Source: Macrostomum lignano
Lineage: Eukaryota
Assembly (NCBI GenBank): GCA_002269645.1
Contig: NIVC01000089.1
Coordinates: 496,001 to 560,000, forward strand
DNA length: 64,000 nucleotides
Reading direction: 5' to 3'
Part shown: piece by piece, positions 49,501 to 60,895 of the stretch
How positions within the stretch are numbered: position 1 is the first letter of the stretch
How the letters are laid out: each line of letters begins with the position of its first letter
Position numbers and translations under genes: made by a program
The notes under the pieces: generated by a model
Databases searched by the model: none
Told to the model about the DNA's origin: nothing
What the model saw: only the letters and a program-made list of their open reading frames with translations

Positions 49501-50179
49501 TGAAGGAGATGAACTTGTGATCCGAGAGTGAGGACACTGGAAGCACCCGCCACGCCCCAATACTCTGGTAGAGTCTGGGCGTTGCGAGCGTAGCGTCGAT
49601 CACCTCCGACCACCGTCCGTTGTCAAAGGTAGGGGTGGACCCAGAGTTGCAGAACTCGAGGGTCGTAGAGGCAACGTGGGCTAGGAGGTCTTCGCCTCTC
49701 TGATTAATGCCAGTGCTGCCCCAGTGAGTGTGGTGGGCGTTGATGTCGCCGGCAACCATGAGCTCGTAGTTTTTGGCAGAGCAGAGCTCTACCAGCGTAG
49801 CGAGGGCTCTGGGGACGACCGCAGCATCACCTGGTAGGTAAACCGAGGCAATGAGGGTGGTCTTCCCAGGAAGAAGGTCCTCGGATTGGATGACGCAGAT
49901 GTCCCTGTTGGACAGGTCCGATCTGAGCCACACACTGAGCGTTTTGCTCGCAAAGATGCAAGCTCTGGGAGGCTGGTTGGCCTCGCGAGGGTAAGTATAA
50001 AAACAATTGTAGCCGTCAGGAGCGTTTTGAGGCTTACCTCTGAGAGTCCAGGGTTCCTGGACGAGGATGAGCCCCGGCTTGTCGAGCTCGGCGTAACGCA
50101 TAAGATTGACCGAGGCTGCGACGCAGTGTTGCAGATTAATCTGCAGGCAATGGATTCCCTGGTTGCTGATCATTATCAC
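46508..50179 (-). CDS. LINE ORF2: APE endonuclease, reverse transcriptase, RNase H, CCHC finger
   Basis: QINLQH..LVQEPW, GDINAHH, SDH, PWWN, KAPGPDG, GSPQGGVLSP, YADD, YTDGS, SDSQAAL, WIPGHAG..GNELAD, CPFC..H...C. Confidence 0.97.
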   Translation of the reverse strand: MIMISNQGIHCLQINLQHCVAASVNLMRYAELDKPGLILVQEPWTLRGKPQNAPDGYNCFYTYPREANQPPRACIFASKTLSVWLRSDLSNRDICVIQSEDLLPGKTTLIASVYLPGDAAVVPRALATLVELCSAKNYELMVAGDINAHHTHWGSTGINQRGEDLLAHVASTTLEFCNSGSTPTFDNGRWSEVIDATLATPRLYQSIGAWRVLPVSSLSDHKFISFNLMAARSATRVTWRRNARNTDWETFGLALKEFHRSPGQPSTITLCREADECATVLTETLTAAFEASCPLKAYKGKKSAPWWNPELGNLRRRAKRLHRRATKTKSPADQAAYHEAIHEFKRQVRNANAQKWRQYCEELEGSRPTSRVVKALTLDKMPKLSSVKRTDGTSTDNPGETLDVMLTAFFPNEPANPTTPDHSEGGHALAASIITEDRIVRAANSFKPFKAPGPDGIVLALLREAVKCPGFLRKLCSLLRACITLGYVPQAWTEAKVIFIPKPGRPDYHSIKSFRPISLTSSLVKLMERLVLWRLLSVELKNKPLSENQHAFRAGRSTESVLHVLVDKLEKAVLGNGFALGIFLDIIGAFDNVLFEAFRRALCERQTHSHLTRWIMYMISHRTATASLLGYQRTVPVCKGSPQGGVLSPVLWNMVIDELLRDVRPDPILKVGYADDVTAVASGPSPDTLRDLLQNFIYAAEQWADRCGLRLSETKTAAIMFTSRTKWQIRPLTLYGREIPFCKQTKCLGITLDHRLNWSPHVQTKAKNAFAVLAQLRRAVGTTWGLTPKRLWWIYTAMVRPAISYGGLIWASALQIKTCLEALRRAQGRACRMIMSAPPSAPYDGLNAFLNIPPLDIFVRREAAKTARRLADAGIRIQLHRAMAKRKLLPHADLCLKDLRDSGGLHVLSDGEPRTLNLFQRYKVTIPSRDAANDHWNFQEVHCYTDGSIKDGRAGFGVCIIINGRVIATHAQHTGRLPTVFQNEVLAISSCSAELNAKGTRGKTIVIHSDSQAALQALCHTTTNSRTVADCARQLNLLASSNTVRLKWIPGHAGFPGNELADTLAKRGGSGSFFGPAPLVPMPLTVINRQIDDWADSLHRDRWAGTQNCRQSRAAVPCPSRRLRNILLNQNRKDIRALVMTLGYLARHCFLRGDLESELCPFCEYDNEDAQHFVCHCSFFNRDRLRYLGPNPSIDEVCQPDSISRASFFPTEDHAAGRTGGPP

Positions 50180-51642
50180 GCAGTTGGGGAATCGTTGAGC
50201 AGGTCATCCTCCTCCTTTTCAGTGGTGGGTGACCCGCAGACCTCCATGGGAGTTTCAGCGTCCTCAGCAGTTAGGGTGGCTGTGGAGTCCTCCGCGGACG
50301 TGAGCCCAGCGTTGACGTTACCGTCGCCTCCCCTGCGTGCTTCGGTGCTGTCACTGCCCGTCCCCTCTGCCTCGTCGGTCAGGTCGATGCGGGTGGCGCC
50401 AGCCTCCTGGTGAGTCACAGACTCGAACCAGTCGGTCGGAGCCTCCCCGCTTAGAGCCTGGCCTTCTGGCTGTTGGGGTGGAGCGCGAGAGGCGCGGGCC
50501 CGCTCACGATGCGCCCGAAGGCTCTTGGCCTGGTCCAGCGCGCGCTGGATCAGGCCGGACCTCCGGGTGCTCCTGGCGGGTCTGCGATTGCAATTTCCGG
50601 TTTCAGCAGCGCGAACTGCCTTACCGGGCATAGGATCGGCCGTTTGCCTCGGCTTCTTTGCCGGAGGAGCCTGGGCCCCAGTTCCGGTTTCGGAAGCCTT
50701 GGCATTCTTGGCTTCATCAGCTTTCCGCTCCTCGCATTGGAGGATGGTCAGCTGAGTCAGACCAATATGAATTGTGGACTTAGGCGGCAAGCGCTTAGCC
50801 CAGTCATCAGAGAGCCCTAGGATCACCGTAGCCCCCTTCTCCTTGCGGGAAGTGGTGTGGTGTAGGAGCCCGTTGACCTCAAGGTCAGGGTGCAGCTTTA
50901 GCAATATTTGCCTAAGATGATCTCCGGACTTAATGGCACTGCCGGCCGGGATCCAGACGCGAAAGCGCTGGGTCTTTTGTCGCTCGCCCTCGCTGGCGAA
51001 GACGAGCTTGCCGAGCTTCTTGGGCCAGTTCAGCTTTGGCAGAAGCTCGCGTAGACTGCGGCTGCTCTCCTCCGAGCTGCACCAGATGAAGATGCAGCCG
51101 TCGGTCTTGGCAGACTTGACCACGCTCACAGGGCGGCCCGCCAGGAGCTGGTCGATGAGCGCAGCATCAATGGTGCACCAGGCACTGCCGAGCTCGTCGG
51201 CCGTGAGGTCCTGCTCTTCCCCGAAGACGATGACCGCCGGTTGGAGCTTGACCTTTGAGGCGTAGTTGGTGACGGCGGTTCCCGAAGGCCCGGCCGCGCT
51301 TGTAGCAGGTTTACTGGGTGGCTCACCAGCGGGGGTTGTATCCTGGGGGGCAGGGGTTGCTGTGGTTCCTTTCGGCCCAACAGCAGCCTCGCCCTCCCTA
51401 GGTTCCCCCTCCGCCGGTGGCCGGCCCGCAGTACCCCGTAGTCGCCGTCGCCGCTCGTTGCGGCGTTGGTTGCGGGCGCGTCGGGCTTCAGCGGAGGGCC
51501 CGGTTGCGCGTGCGGGCATGTCACCGGCCGAGCCGGCGGCAAGCCCATCTGCCCCCGGTGGGGCGGCGCTGGTGCCAGAGTCACCGGCCGGAGTTGCCGG
51601 GGCCCCGGCTTCAGCGGGGTTGAAAGATGCGGATGACGCCAT
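50176..51642 (-). CDS. LINE ORF1 (gag-like, DUF4780-like core)
   Basis: Open from ATG 51642 (MASSASF..). Core RFRVWIP..LRQILLKLHPDL..ATVILGL..IHIG resembles LOA-clade ORF1; no CCHC knuckle. Confidence 0.85.
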   Translation of the reverse strand: MASSASFNPAEAGAPATPAGDSGTSAAPPGADGLAAGSAGDMPARATGPSAEARRARNQRRNERRRRLRGTAGRPPAEGEPREGEAAVGPKGTTATPAPQDTTPAGEPPSKPATSAAGPSGTAVTNYASKVKLQPAVIVFGEEQDLTADELGSAWCTIDAALIDQLLAGRPVSVVKSAKTDGCIFIWCSSEESSRSLRELLPKLNWPKKLGKLVFASEGERQKTQRFRVWIPAGSAIKSGDHLRQILLKLHPDLEVNGLLHHTTSRKEKGATVILGLSDDWAKRLPPKSTIHIGLTQLTILQCEERKADEAKNAKASETGTGAQAPPAKKPRQTADPMPGKAVRAAETGNCNRRPARSTRRSGLIQRALDQAKSLRAHRERARASRAPPQQPEGQALSGEAPTDWFESVTHQEAGATRIDLTDEAEGTGSDSTEARRGGDGNVNAGLTSAEDSTATLTAEDAETPMEVCGSPTTEKEEDDLLNDSPTA

Positions 51643-53051
51643 AGCTGAAAGCGGGAAGGAGTGAGCTGAGTCACAAAAGAAAGAGGAAAGAAGAAAAAGA
51701 AAAGGACCGCTAGCGACCGGACAACCCACCGGCCTTCCAGCCCATCGGCACGGTCAAACACCTTAGGCATTAGGGGGTACGTTAAGCAGTACCACGGCCT
51801 GCAGGCTGGCAAGCCAGACCCGCATACCCAAGTTCGGCCGAAGCCACTGGATGGGTCGCCAGCGTCGGAGCCCAGTCTGTCCAGCAGCTTTAGGGTCTGC
51901 CTTGAACACACGCGGGGACGAGTACCTGGGTCAACTTGCGAAACAGCGTAAGGGGGGTTCTACGGCTGCCAGCGGCAAATAGCGGGTGCAGACCTCCCTC
52001 TAGCCTTGACCTGCTGAAGATAGGGGCAGGCGTGAAGCATCGCAGACCGTAGCTCATAGGCCTGGTCTGTCTCATACTTCACTGGCGTGCTGAATACACC
52101 TTCGCGTGCTGCAGTACATCAGTACGCTACACTCGTGATTCGTGGAACATTTTTTGAAGGCCGATTTCTTCATTTCGATGTTCGTGCAGGACGACACGAG
52201 TGATGCATTATAAGAGTTGATAGGTTTCGACCTTCCCGCCCCCTTGTGGGGAAGCCTTCGGGCCTCAGGTCTCAGAAATAAATCAATTAGAGTCCTGGCC
52301 CCCCACTCCTGTCAGATGGTCAGCCCCATGGTAGCTTGATCGTGTGGCGAGCAGTCTAGGTCCTATAGCCAAGAGAGGGACAGCGAGAGACAAGCAGGGA
52401 GAATTTTGAAGGTAGAAATTAGTTAACCCGCAGGTTAGCTAACTCGCTGCCACCAGCCCGTACGTCCTGGCTCACCAGACCGGGACTCTCGAAATCGGGC
52501 TTCCGACTAGAAGGGGCTTTGCACTTACCTGCCAACTAGTGTCTTTTTGCTGTCAATCTCGAAGTCATAGCCGATGAAAAGGGACACTGCTGGGACTAGA
52601 TCGCATTGGCCATGCAGGTACAGAGGGGACTTGTGCAGGGGATTCTTGCAGTGGCGAGACTATGGGGTAGCTACATGTACTATTACATTGCTAAATACGA
52701 GGAATTGTACTTTTGGCCTTCAACGCGCCAACTAGCCTCTCATAGCGCTGATGATAGATTAACTCGAACTTCAGAGACCGCATGATTCATTACCCGAGCC
52801 GCTTGGCGAACCTAGAGTGCACAAAGTACATCTCTAGCGCCGATTTTGCACTATTGGCAATTTTGCTCACTGATTTGATAGATTGATCGACTGAGAACTG
52901 CCTTGCCATTGGTCCACTGTGACCGGCGCCTACTAGCTTAGCTACTCATCTGAGCCATCGGCGAACAAAGAAATAAAGCCGATAAAAATAACTGTCAGAT
53001 TTAACCTTCTCCTTAAATCACTTCACACTTCAGATTGAATTGGAGTTTCAG

Positions 53052-53578
53052 GGGGGTGTTTCTCGAAACTCACGTAAGTTCTATGGTAAGTTAGATCGTA
53101 AGAAAGAAATTTACGTGTAGCGTAAGTTTGCTCGTAAGACGCTTTCTCAAAACTCACTTAGACTTTGCGTGGCTTACACTGTTCGTAAGTCGTATCTGAA
53201 ACGAAAAGTTGCATGTCTATGGTCATAAATCTGTAAATATCTTTACTTTGTCTATCGTAAGTTGCTTTCGAGAAAGACCCACCTTCGATAAAGTTTAACT
53301 TGACTTGGCTTAACTAAAGCTTCACGTACTATGCGATTAGTGCTTAAGTGCGTCTTACGACTGATACCGAGCAGTCGTAGGGTTAAGATCAACCTTACGA
53401 AAGACCATAGACATACGAACGTTTCGAGAAACAGTCTTTTGCGCAAAGTTACGAACTCGTAAAGTTGCGATCAATCTTACGCATAGCTAACTTGCGAGCC
53501 CTTCGAGCAACCCGTAAGTGTAGCTTACCCAACTTACGTCTATGGTCGATCGTAAGTTGCCTTCGAGAAAGACCCCCC
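53052..53578. mobile_element. PIF/Harbinger-like MITE
   Basis: TIRs GGGGGTGTTTCTCGAA and TTCGAGAAAGACCCCC, CAG on both flanks (3-bp CWG TSD), and an internal copy of the right end at ~53257-53280. Confidence 0.7.
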
Positions 53579-53949
53579 CAGACTACTAGCAGTATTGTTG
53601 AATGACTTCTGCCTCAGCAACAGCACTACTGAACAAAATGAGCAAAAGTGTGCGCCTAATTAAGCTACTGAAACAGGGGACAGATAGGGAATCACCCAAT
53701 CATGCAAGTCTAGGTAGCCTCTCACCCAACCAATCGGAAACTCAACAGCCGGAGATCAGGTAATCCAAAGTTCCAAGGAAGTTACTTTCCTTGGAACCGG
53801 AAGTTACTTAACCGAAAGCTCGTAACCAATCTGCTCGTAATCCATGATGAGCTCTGGGTGTAGCTAAGTCTTCCTTGTTTTTTGGGAGTATTGGGGGTAT
53901 AAGGCCGGGGCCGTTATAAAAAAGGGATTGACACTAGTTATTAAATGAT

Positions 53950-54352
53950 AATTATTATTTATAATAGTAATAATAATAATCATCATCATCATCATCTTCA
54001 ATATCATAAGTATATAAAGTATAGTAATGTATGTCTTAATATTGATAATAATAGTAATAGCAATGATAATTAATTTAACCTCCCCTAATGGCAGATTTGC
54101 AAACAAACAGTTCAGCCGCATGCAGCTATTGCACGGCGCAACTGAAAGCTGCGTACGCTGTTCATTCCAATAGCTAGAGGGCCGGGGCGCTGCACGAATG
54201 CACATACTGTACACCCTCATGCAATTACTCCAGCTGTTGCTGGTACCCACTTTACAGCTGGGTAAGCTGAAGCAATACAGAGTTAAGGGCCTTACTCAAG
54301 CTCAGGTCACAAATTAGTTCGAGTGGGTCGAAAATCGAATCCGCGACCTCTA
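53950..54352 (-). mobile_element. SINE family A, second and more degraded copy
   Basis: Shares ACAGTTCAGCCGCA, GCTGCGTACG and TTACAGCTGGGT..GAAGCAAT.CAGAGTTAAG with 19530-19836; (TAA/CAT)n tail. Confidence 0.8.
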
Positions 54353-55189
54353 TTATATGTCTCCAACTTACAAGTTTCTAAAACTGAAATCCAGCACTAA
54401 TATGCTATATTTATTTGAACTGTTCGACTTAAGGTCAAGGATGTCTCGCCTTGACTGCAGTTTTTAACTTAGGTTTAATTTTTTATCTTTTTTTTGTCGG
54501 CTGCCGGATTTTTTAATTTTCGATAACTTCTACAGAAATAGCAATCGCGCGAAATTGAAATTGTATTTGTAGTTCCGACATTAAATTTATAACACTGCGC
54601 GGCGCAACCTTGGGTGGCTTTTCACATTGCCAGAATCAGAAGCGGTTAGGATCTTCCAAAAAAACAGTAAACCTATTTAACTTTGTTGAATGTTTTACTG
54701 CCTTAATAGCCCCACTTTGCACAATTTTCACTTTCTTCTTGGCTGTTGCCATTCAATAATTACAACTTTAGTAGTTCATAGCACACGTCCATCTATTTTA
54801 GGAGACACATAAATTATACTTTACAAATTGGATCTGGTTCTAAAACAAGAACAAGCAATATGAAAAGGCCTTTTCTAGATAGACTTTATTATCAGATAAC
54901 TAGGCCTAGCTAGCTGGTTATTGTACAATAATTGTAATTGTTATTAGCTAGCCTGCCTGCCTTTTAGATTTCTAGAAGAACTAGAAAACCCTTATCTATG
55001 GTAATTTGTAGTTTCTTGCAGTCAATTAAAATCTTAAAATGTTATGTAATTATCTTCATGCTGAGGCTCAGGGCTGAGACTGCTAACTATAACCCAAGGC
55101 ATAAAAAACAGAAAGATAGAATTTTCAATTTTCAAAGTTTTCTAGTATCCAAAAGTCTTTGCCAATGAATTAGTATGGTAGCCTTTTTT

Positions 55190-55545
55190 ATTAGAGGCAG
55201 GGGGGGGGTTGTGTGTACCCTGGTGCACTTTAAGCGACATAGGAACACAACTGGCAAGAGGCATTATTGCCCATTCCACTTAGCGCCGACTCCCCTGAGT
55301 AGGCATACAAGCACATGGATATGTACACAGACACATACTTACACAGGAGTCTATAGTGGCCCTAACTTTATATTATCGTTAGGCATGTACACTTCACTGC
55401 GCCTTGGGGGGTTGGCTCTCAAGGCCATTAATTGCATAAGCAGAGCCAATCTGAGATTCCAATTCAGCTCCAAATTAATGTGAATTGAGCCTGGGTTGTT
55501 GGCACACTAGAGCAGCTGTGCTACTGCTGGGCTAGGCCCCTCAGT
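55190..55545 (-). mobile_element. tRNA-SINE family B, CpG-decayed copy
   Basis: Colinear with 61910-62280. Confidence 0.85.
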
Positions 55546-56755
55546 ATGGTAGCCTAGTTGTGTACAATTTTTAAATATCTATAGATTTGCTCTAGCTAAT
55601 ATATAGTATATATTTGATTATTTGCTATTTAGTTTAGCTTTTTAAAATATATAATTATATCTTCCTATATTTTTTGTGTTAGGCCCCTAACTTATATGGA
55701 TTAATGCTTATTTATAATTACCAGTTAACTTTTAGTTAACTTAACAAAATCAAGAGTTAATAAATTAAGATTTTTTGTTTTAATACTAATGCTTTTGGCA
55801 TTAATAGAAGTTAAAGATTTTTATTATTGGTGCCTAACACTGCTTACTTTATAAATAACAATAATTAACTAGGCAGATAACATGGCAATATTTACATAGT
55901 ATCATGTGCAAATAATGAGTGCCTAAACCTATGCTCTGTCTTATAGATCTAATGGTATATATATATAAATAAAAAATATATATATAATGTATATAGAGGC
56001 CCTAACAATAAAACATTACTATTGGCATTATTTATTTTTTACTAGAATACAAATGAATCTGATTTAAATTTTAAGAAGAATATTTAATTTTTAACTTAAA
56101 TCTAGCTTTTTTTTTGTTTTTTTACTTCTATTATTTCATTGTGTTAAAATAGTTTTTATACTTAAAATATATTCTTTTATATAAGACATGATCTTGACTA
56201 TAAAAAAAGTTTAATTATTCTTAGAATCCTAAATTATAGAAGTATGAATGCTTCATATTTTATATGAAGCTGAAAGGTTATATAAGATAGGATCAAATTT
56301 TTAAATTAGGCAAGACTATGATTGGGGACCCTAATTTTTTTAAGATTCTGAAATTAATGTAATAAATAAAAAGGGTCTATCTAAAAGGTATAGCAATTGG
56401 CTGATTGCAAAAAGGGCCTACTTTCTAATAGGCAATTATATCATTTATACCAAAAAATGAATACATGTTTAAACTAGGGATTTGGGGTCAATATATGCTG
56501 GAATGAATTCTCTATCAATATTTTATATATTGTTAGTATTTTGTATCATACTGGAAGGGAGGATTTCACAGCAAAACTGCCACTCTGATAACCCACTTCT
56601 ATTTTTAGACCAAGTTGGCAACAGGGCTGTTTTTCATGCTGCATTTGCAATAATAGCTTTACTGTTTTTTACTAGGCATGCTGTCTTACCCATGACACTT
56701 TTTATCTTGTTTTTGCATGTGCTGAAGCTCCTTTGCTAATCAAAGATCAGCAAGA

Positions 56756-58378
56756 ATGTCTTACAATCCCGATCCAAAGCAGCAGCAGCCTGCAAACTCT
56801 GCTCCTTATCCAGCGCCTCCGCCCTCCTACCAGCAGGCCATGCATACGGGTGATCAGGTGGCTGTTGTCATGCCACCAGCAACTGGCCAGCAGTCTCAGC
56901 CTGAGCAGCATCAGGACGGCGGTGGCTTCGCCTTCAATGACAAATCTATTAGACGAGGCTTCATCCGCAAAGTCTACCTGATCCTGAGCGCCCAGTTAGC
57001 CTTCACCTTTGGCATAGTGCTGCTAGTTAGTCTGGTGCCGGCTTTGCGTCAATTTGCTCGTGACCACAGGTGGATTGCCTACATTGCCTACGCTGTGTTC
57101 ATCGTTGTGTACATCATGCTGGTCTGCATGATGTCGCTTAGGCGCAAATATCCATGGAATATGGTGGCTCTGACTGTGTTCACCGTGGCTCTCACCTTTG
57201 TGGCTGCCGTGATTGCCGCTCAGTACAGCACCAATTCGGTGCGTGTTGCAATTCGGACTGGAATCGTGGCTCAGTCTCGGGGGGGGGGGGTTGCTAAGAT
57301 TTAAGGCTTATGGGGGGATTGCTGAAATTCTGTGGCTCATAGATACCTAAATACCTGGCTTTCAGGATGGATGATTTTTCTTTATAATCTTCCTTAGGAA
57401 ATTAGCAATAGTGACGACTGTACAAGTACGCGATCAAAACCTACATGTATTCACTTTTTTCTTTCTAATCCTGCTTAATTTCTTAGGTCGCAGAAGCTAC
57501 CCAAATCGAAAGTCATGCTTCAAATTCTAAATCAAACCTTATCACCCGGAACCCAACCCAAACATTCTACACAGAACCCAACCCGGACACACGGAACCCA
57601 ACCCAAACATTCTACACGAACCCAACCCGAACACCATACATTGAACCCAACCCTAACACCATACATGGAACACAACCGTAACACCATAACACCATTGAAC
57701 ACCAACCTGAACCCAACCAACACCATACATTGAACCCAACCCGAACACCATACATTGAACCCAACCCGAACACCATACATGGAACCCAACCCGAACACCT
57801 AGAACCTAACCGAACACCCAGAACCGAACACCGAACACAATCGAACACAATACATGGAACCTTGAACCCAACCAGAGCACCGTAACCCGAACACAGAACC
57901 CGAACCCAAAGCCGGTACCAAAACTTGACCCAAAAGTACGCAACAGAACCTATGAGTCAATCAAGATCTGCAATCAATTCACACCTGGCAGGTGCTAATC
58001 TGCCTGGGCGTCACCGTTCTGGTCTGCGTGGGCGTGACGCTGTTCGCCGTGCAGACCCGCATCGACTTCACGCTGTGCTCCGGGCTGCTGTTCGGCCTCT
58101 GCCTTGTCGTGCTGCTGTTTGGCCTGGCCTGCGGCATCACCTTCGCTGCCTACCGAGGCCAACCGGGCGACTACCTTAAACTGCGCATCCTGGACTGCGT
58201 CTACGGCGGCCTGGTGGCCCTGCTGCTCACTCTGTTTCTCATCTTCGACACGCAGAGAGTTATCGGCGGTCGTAAATACAACCTGTCCGAGGAGGAGTAC
58301 GTTTTCGGAGCTCTGCAGCTGTACATGGATGTGGTGTTCATTTTCCTTATTATCCTCGGCCTGGGTGGGGACCGCTGA
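56756..58378 (+). CDS. TMBIM/Lifeguard (FAIM2/GRINA-like) Bax-inhibitor-1 family protein, ~289 aa; join(56756-57238,57992-58378)
   Basis: Pro-rich N-terminus (PPPSY), FNDKSIRRGFIRKVYLILSAQL, RRKYPWN, QTRIDFT, FDTQ..GG, EEYVFGALQLYMDV; phase-0 GT-AG junction. Confidence 0.93.
57548..57925. repeat. ~25-bp degenerate minisatellite in the TMBIM intron
   Basis: Unit approximately ACCCAACCCGAACACCATACATTGA. Confidence 0.85.
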
Positions 58379-58959
58379 GCTATTGAGTTGGAGCTTTGCG
58401 GCTGAACTGAGACTGAGTAATTCATTTATTACTCTAAACAACTAATTATTACTAAGGGAAATTCAAGACTTTTCAAAGCAGGCACCTCGAGACAGAGTGG
58501 GTAGCTGCCCTATGGAATTAGGATTTATTGCTTAACTTTGCTGAGCTGCAACTGTGGAGCCATCTAGCGGAGGTCAAGGGTTCAGTTGCCTTCCAAAGGG
58601 CAGGTATCTTTTCCAGAAATTGCTTGAGAGTTTTCGACAAAGCGACTAATCAAGATTCAAAATTTATTAGAACTTGTTGGTCGTTTCTTTTCATAAAATC
58701 AGGGGGTTCCTAGGAATGGACTGAACTTTTTGCAGACAGGAATGGCCTTGCTTGATTATCTTGACTATGAGCTTGATTATTAAAGTTTTCAAAAAGAAGA
58801 CCGTCTACTCTTTTTTGAGTAGTTTGTCTGCGCATTATAACTTATATTTAATGTGGCAGCTAAACTTTCCGTTCCTTTCTTGGGGTTTGCGGCCTCAGGA
58901 GTATATATGGGGTTAAGAATAAACAACTAGCATTTAACTCAATTGTACACAAGTGAACG

Positions 58960-59360
58960 CAAGACGGACGAAATTCAGTCTGGGGGACAGGCCCAATCTG
59001 GCTCAGCCAATGAGAGAGCAGTAAGGAGAGAGGTCAAAGTCAGATGGACGATGAACGAAACTAAGTCTGGGGGCAGGCCCAATCTGGCTCAGCCAATGAG
59101 AGAGCAGTAAGGAGAGGTCAAAGTCAGATGGACGAAACTAAGTCTGGGGGGGGGGCAGGCCCAATCTGGCTCAGCTAATGAGAGAGCAGTAAGGAGAGAG
59201 GTCAAAGTCAGATGGACGAAACTAAGTCTGGGGGGCAGGCCCAATCTGGCTCAGCCAATGAGAGAGCAGTAAGGAGAGAGGTCAAAGTCAGATGGACGAA
59301 ACTCAGTCTGGGGCGCAGGCCCAATCTGGTTCAGCCAATGGGAGAGCAGTAAGAAGGGCA
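58960..59360. repeat. ~80-bp tandem repeat, 5 units
   Basis: GGCCCAATCTGG at ~58990, 59076, 59159, 59237 and 59318. Confidence 0.92.
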
Positions 59361-60895
59361 GAGGAAAGCCAAGCTGTTTTTCGACCTGACTGGGGGCTCG
59401 GGCGCCACCCCTTTTCTCTCATGCTCGCTATGCACGCACTGGATTTGTGGTTTTTATTTTTTCCGGCAATTTTCAGACTTTAATTGATTTTTTATTACAT
59501 AAGTGAAGTATCTAATAATTATTCTAATATCTGTGATTGTCTCTAAGACATGGTTAGTTTCCTAAACTGGACTCGTTCTTTTAAGATTAATTTGTTGTTT
59601 CCAGGATTTCCTCAGTTGGATCTTCTAGAAATCAGTTAGATGGTTCTTAGAAATGCTGATGTGTTTCTATGAATCTGGGATAGCGGATTATCTAAGAATT
59701 TTCTATCCTTGTTTAAACATTCGGAAATACTTAAAAAGTGCGATTTTTAAATCATATATTAATTTGTGTTGTAACCTGTGAATCAAATGTCGGATGTTTC
59801 AATGCATGTTGATTATTGTAGAATTTTTATATTTATTAACTAATTATATCTGTTATCCCCCAACCTGCCAGCACACCAAAGTATAATTAATGCCCATCAA
59901 ACTGTTACATAAAAGCCATGTTTTTTACAATTTACAAACCTGTTATATAAATCAGATGCTTTCGCCTATATAGTTAAACATTCCCCTTTGCTATGCACAA
60001 TTTGCATGGTCATCAAAGTCATGAATATTGCAATCTGCTCAGAAATTTATAAAAAAATTCGTGTCAACCTATTTTTTTACTAAAACAGTTTTCGTTTTAA
60101 AAATAAAAACTTGTTAACCGGAAAATTATTTATAAATTTAGTATTATTAAAATTCATATTGATTCATTTTAAGAAGTATCTCTCGGCTGTTGGTAATAAT
60201 TTAAATACACGCATTTTGTTGTCGTTGTGTATCGGCTTTATCCAGTGAACCTTTGACCCCTACTGCCAGTAGTATGTGTCCAATCGCGTGCAGCACGGCT
60301 CCATCGTATTATCCAGGCCAGCCGTTTTGGCTCTATTTTAATAATTATTTTATTGCTTTGTTTGCACCAGCTAGTAATCTTGACCGTTACTCTTTTAACC
60401 CCTGTCATTGTTTAATAGTTAAAAAAGACAATAAAGGAAAAATATTTGCTTTTGTGCTTCTTTAATATCGTTACACCGTCATTTAAGTAGTTTCTATGCT
60501 ACTTTTACTAGTACGATTAAGTAAATAGTATAAAGACACAAACTTAAAATCAGCATACAAGTCTCTATTGTTTTATCAGACAGTTAGCCAGCTTACAATA
60601 GTTACTTAAAAATATTAGTTTATAATTGAGCTATCCCAGAGATGTGATGGCGCAGTTAGTTGATGATATTTGCAATGAACTATTAATCGGGCGATAATTA
60701 GTGGACCACTGATTTCGCGATAAAATTGGTAAATAGCCAATCAGATATAAATGCGAGATAAGGAGAATATTTTATTAGTTCTTTATTTGGTATTGACGAA
60801 GCTACTTATTAAAGTAGGCAAGCATCGAATATTTCTTTCTAAATTTGTTTAACTACTCAAAAATTCTTTCAGCTAAAAACGATTATATTTTGATA

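Larger units (their letters stand above)
46394..52110 (-). mobile_element. Full-length non-LTR retrotransposon, LOA/R1-group (5717 bp)
   Basis: TSD GCAGTACATC at 46384-46393 and 52111-52120, 3' tail (TAAGTCAAG)2, and two ORFs overlapping by ATGA. Confidence 0.93.

Noticed and set aside
46652-51911. Plus-strand and alternate-frame ORFs over the LINE
   Set aside because: Shadow ORFs of GC-rich coding sequence
52220-52290. Minus-strand CTGA-GACC...GGTC-GAAAC hammerhead
   Set aside because: The core lacks the NGA of CUGANGA and there is no NUH site
51730-52720. HDV-like ribozyme at the LINE 5' end (TCCCCGC at ~51915; AATTCCTCGTATT at ~52700)
   Set aside because: Could not build P1, P1.1 and P2; the second candidate lies outside the TSD
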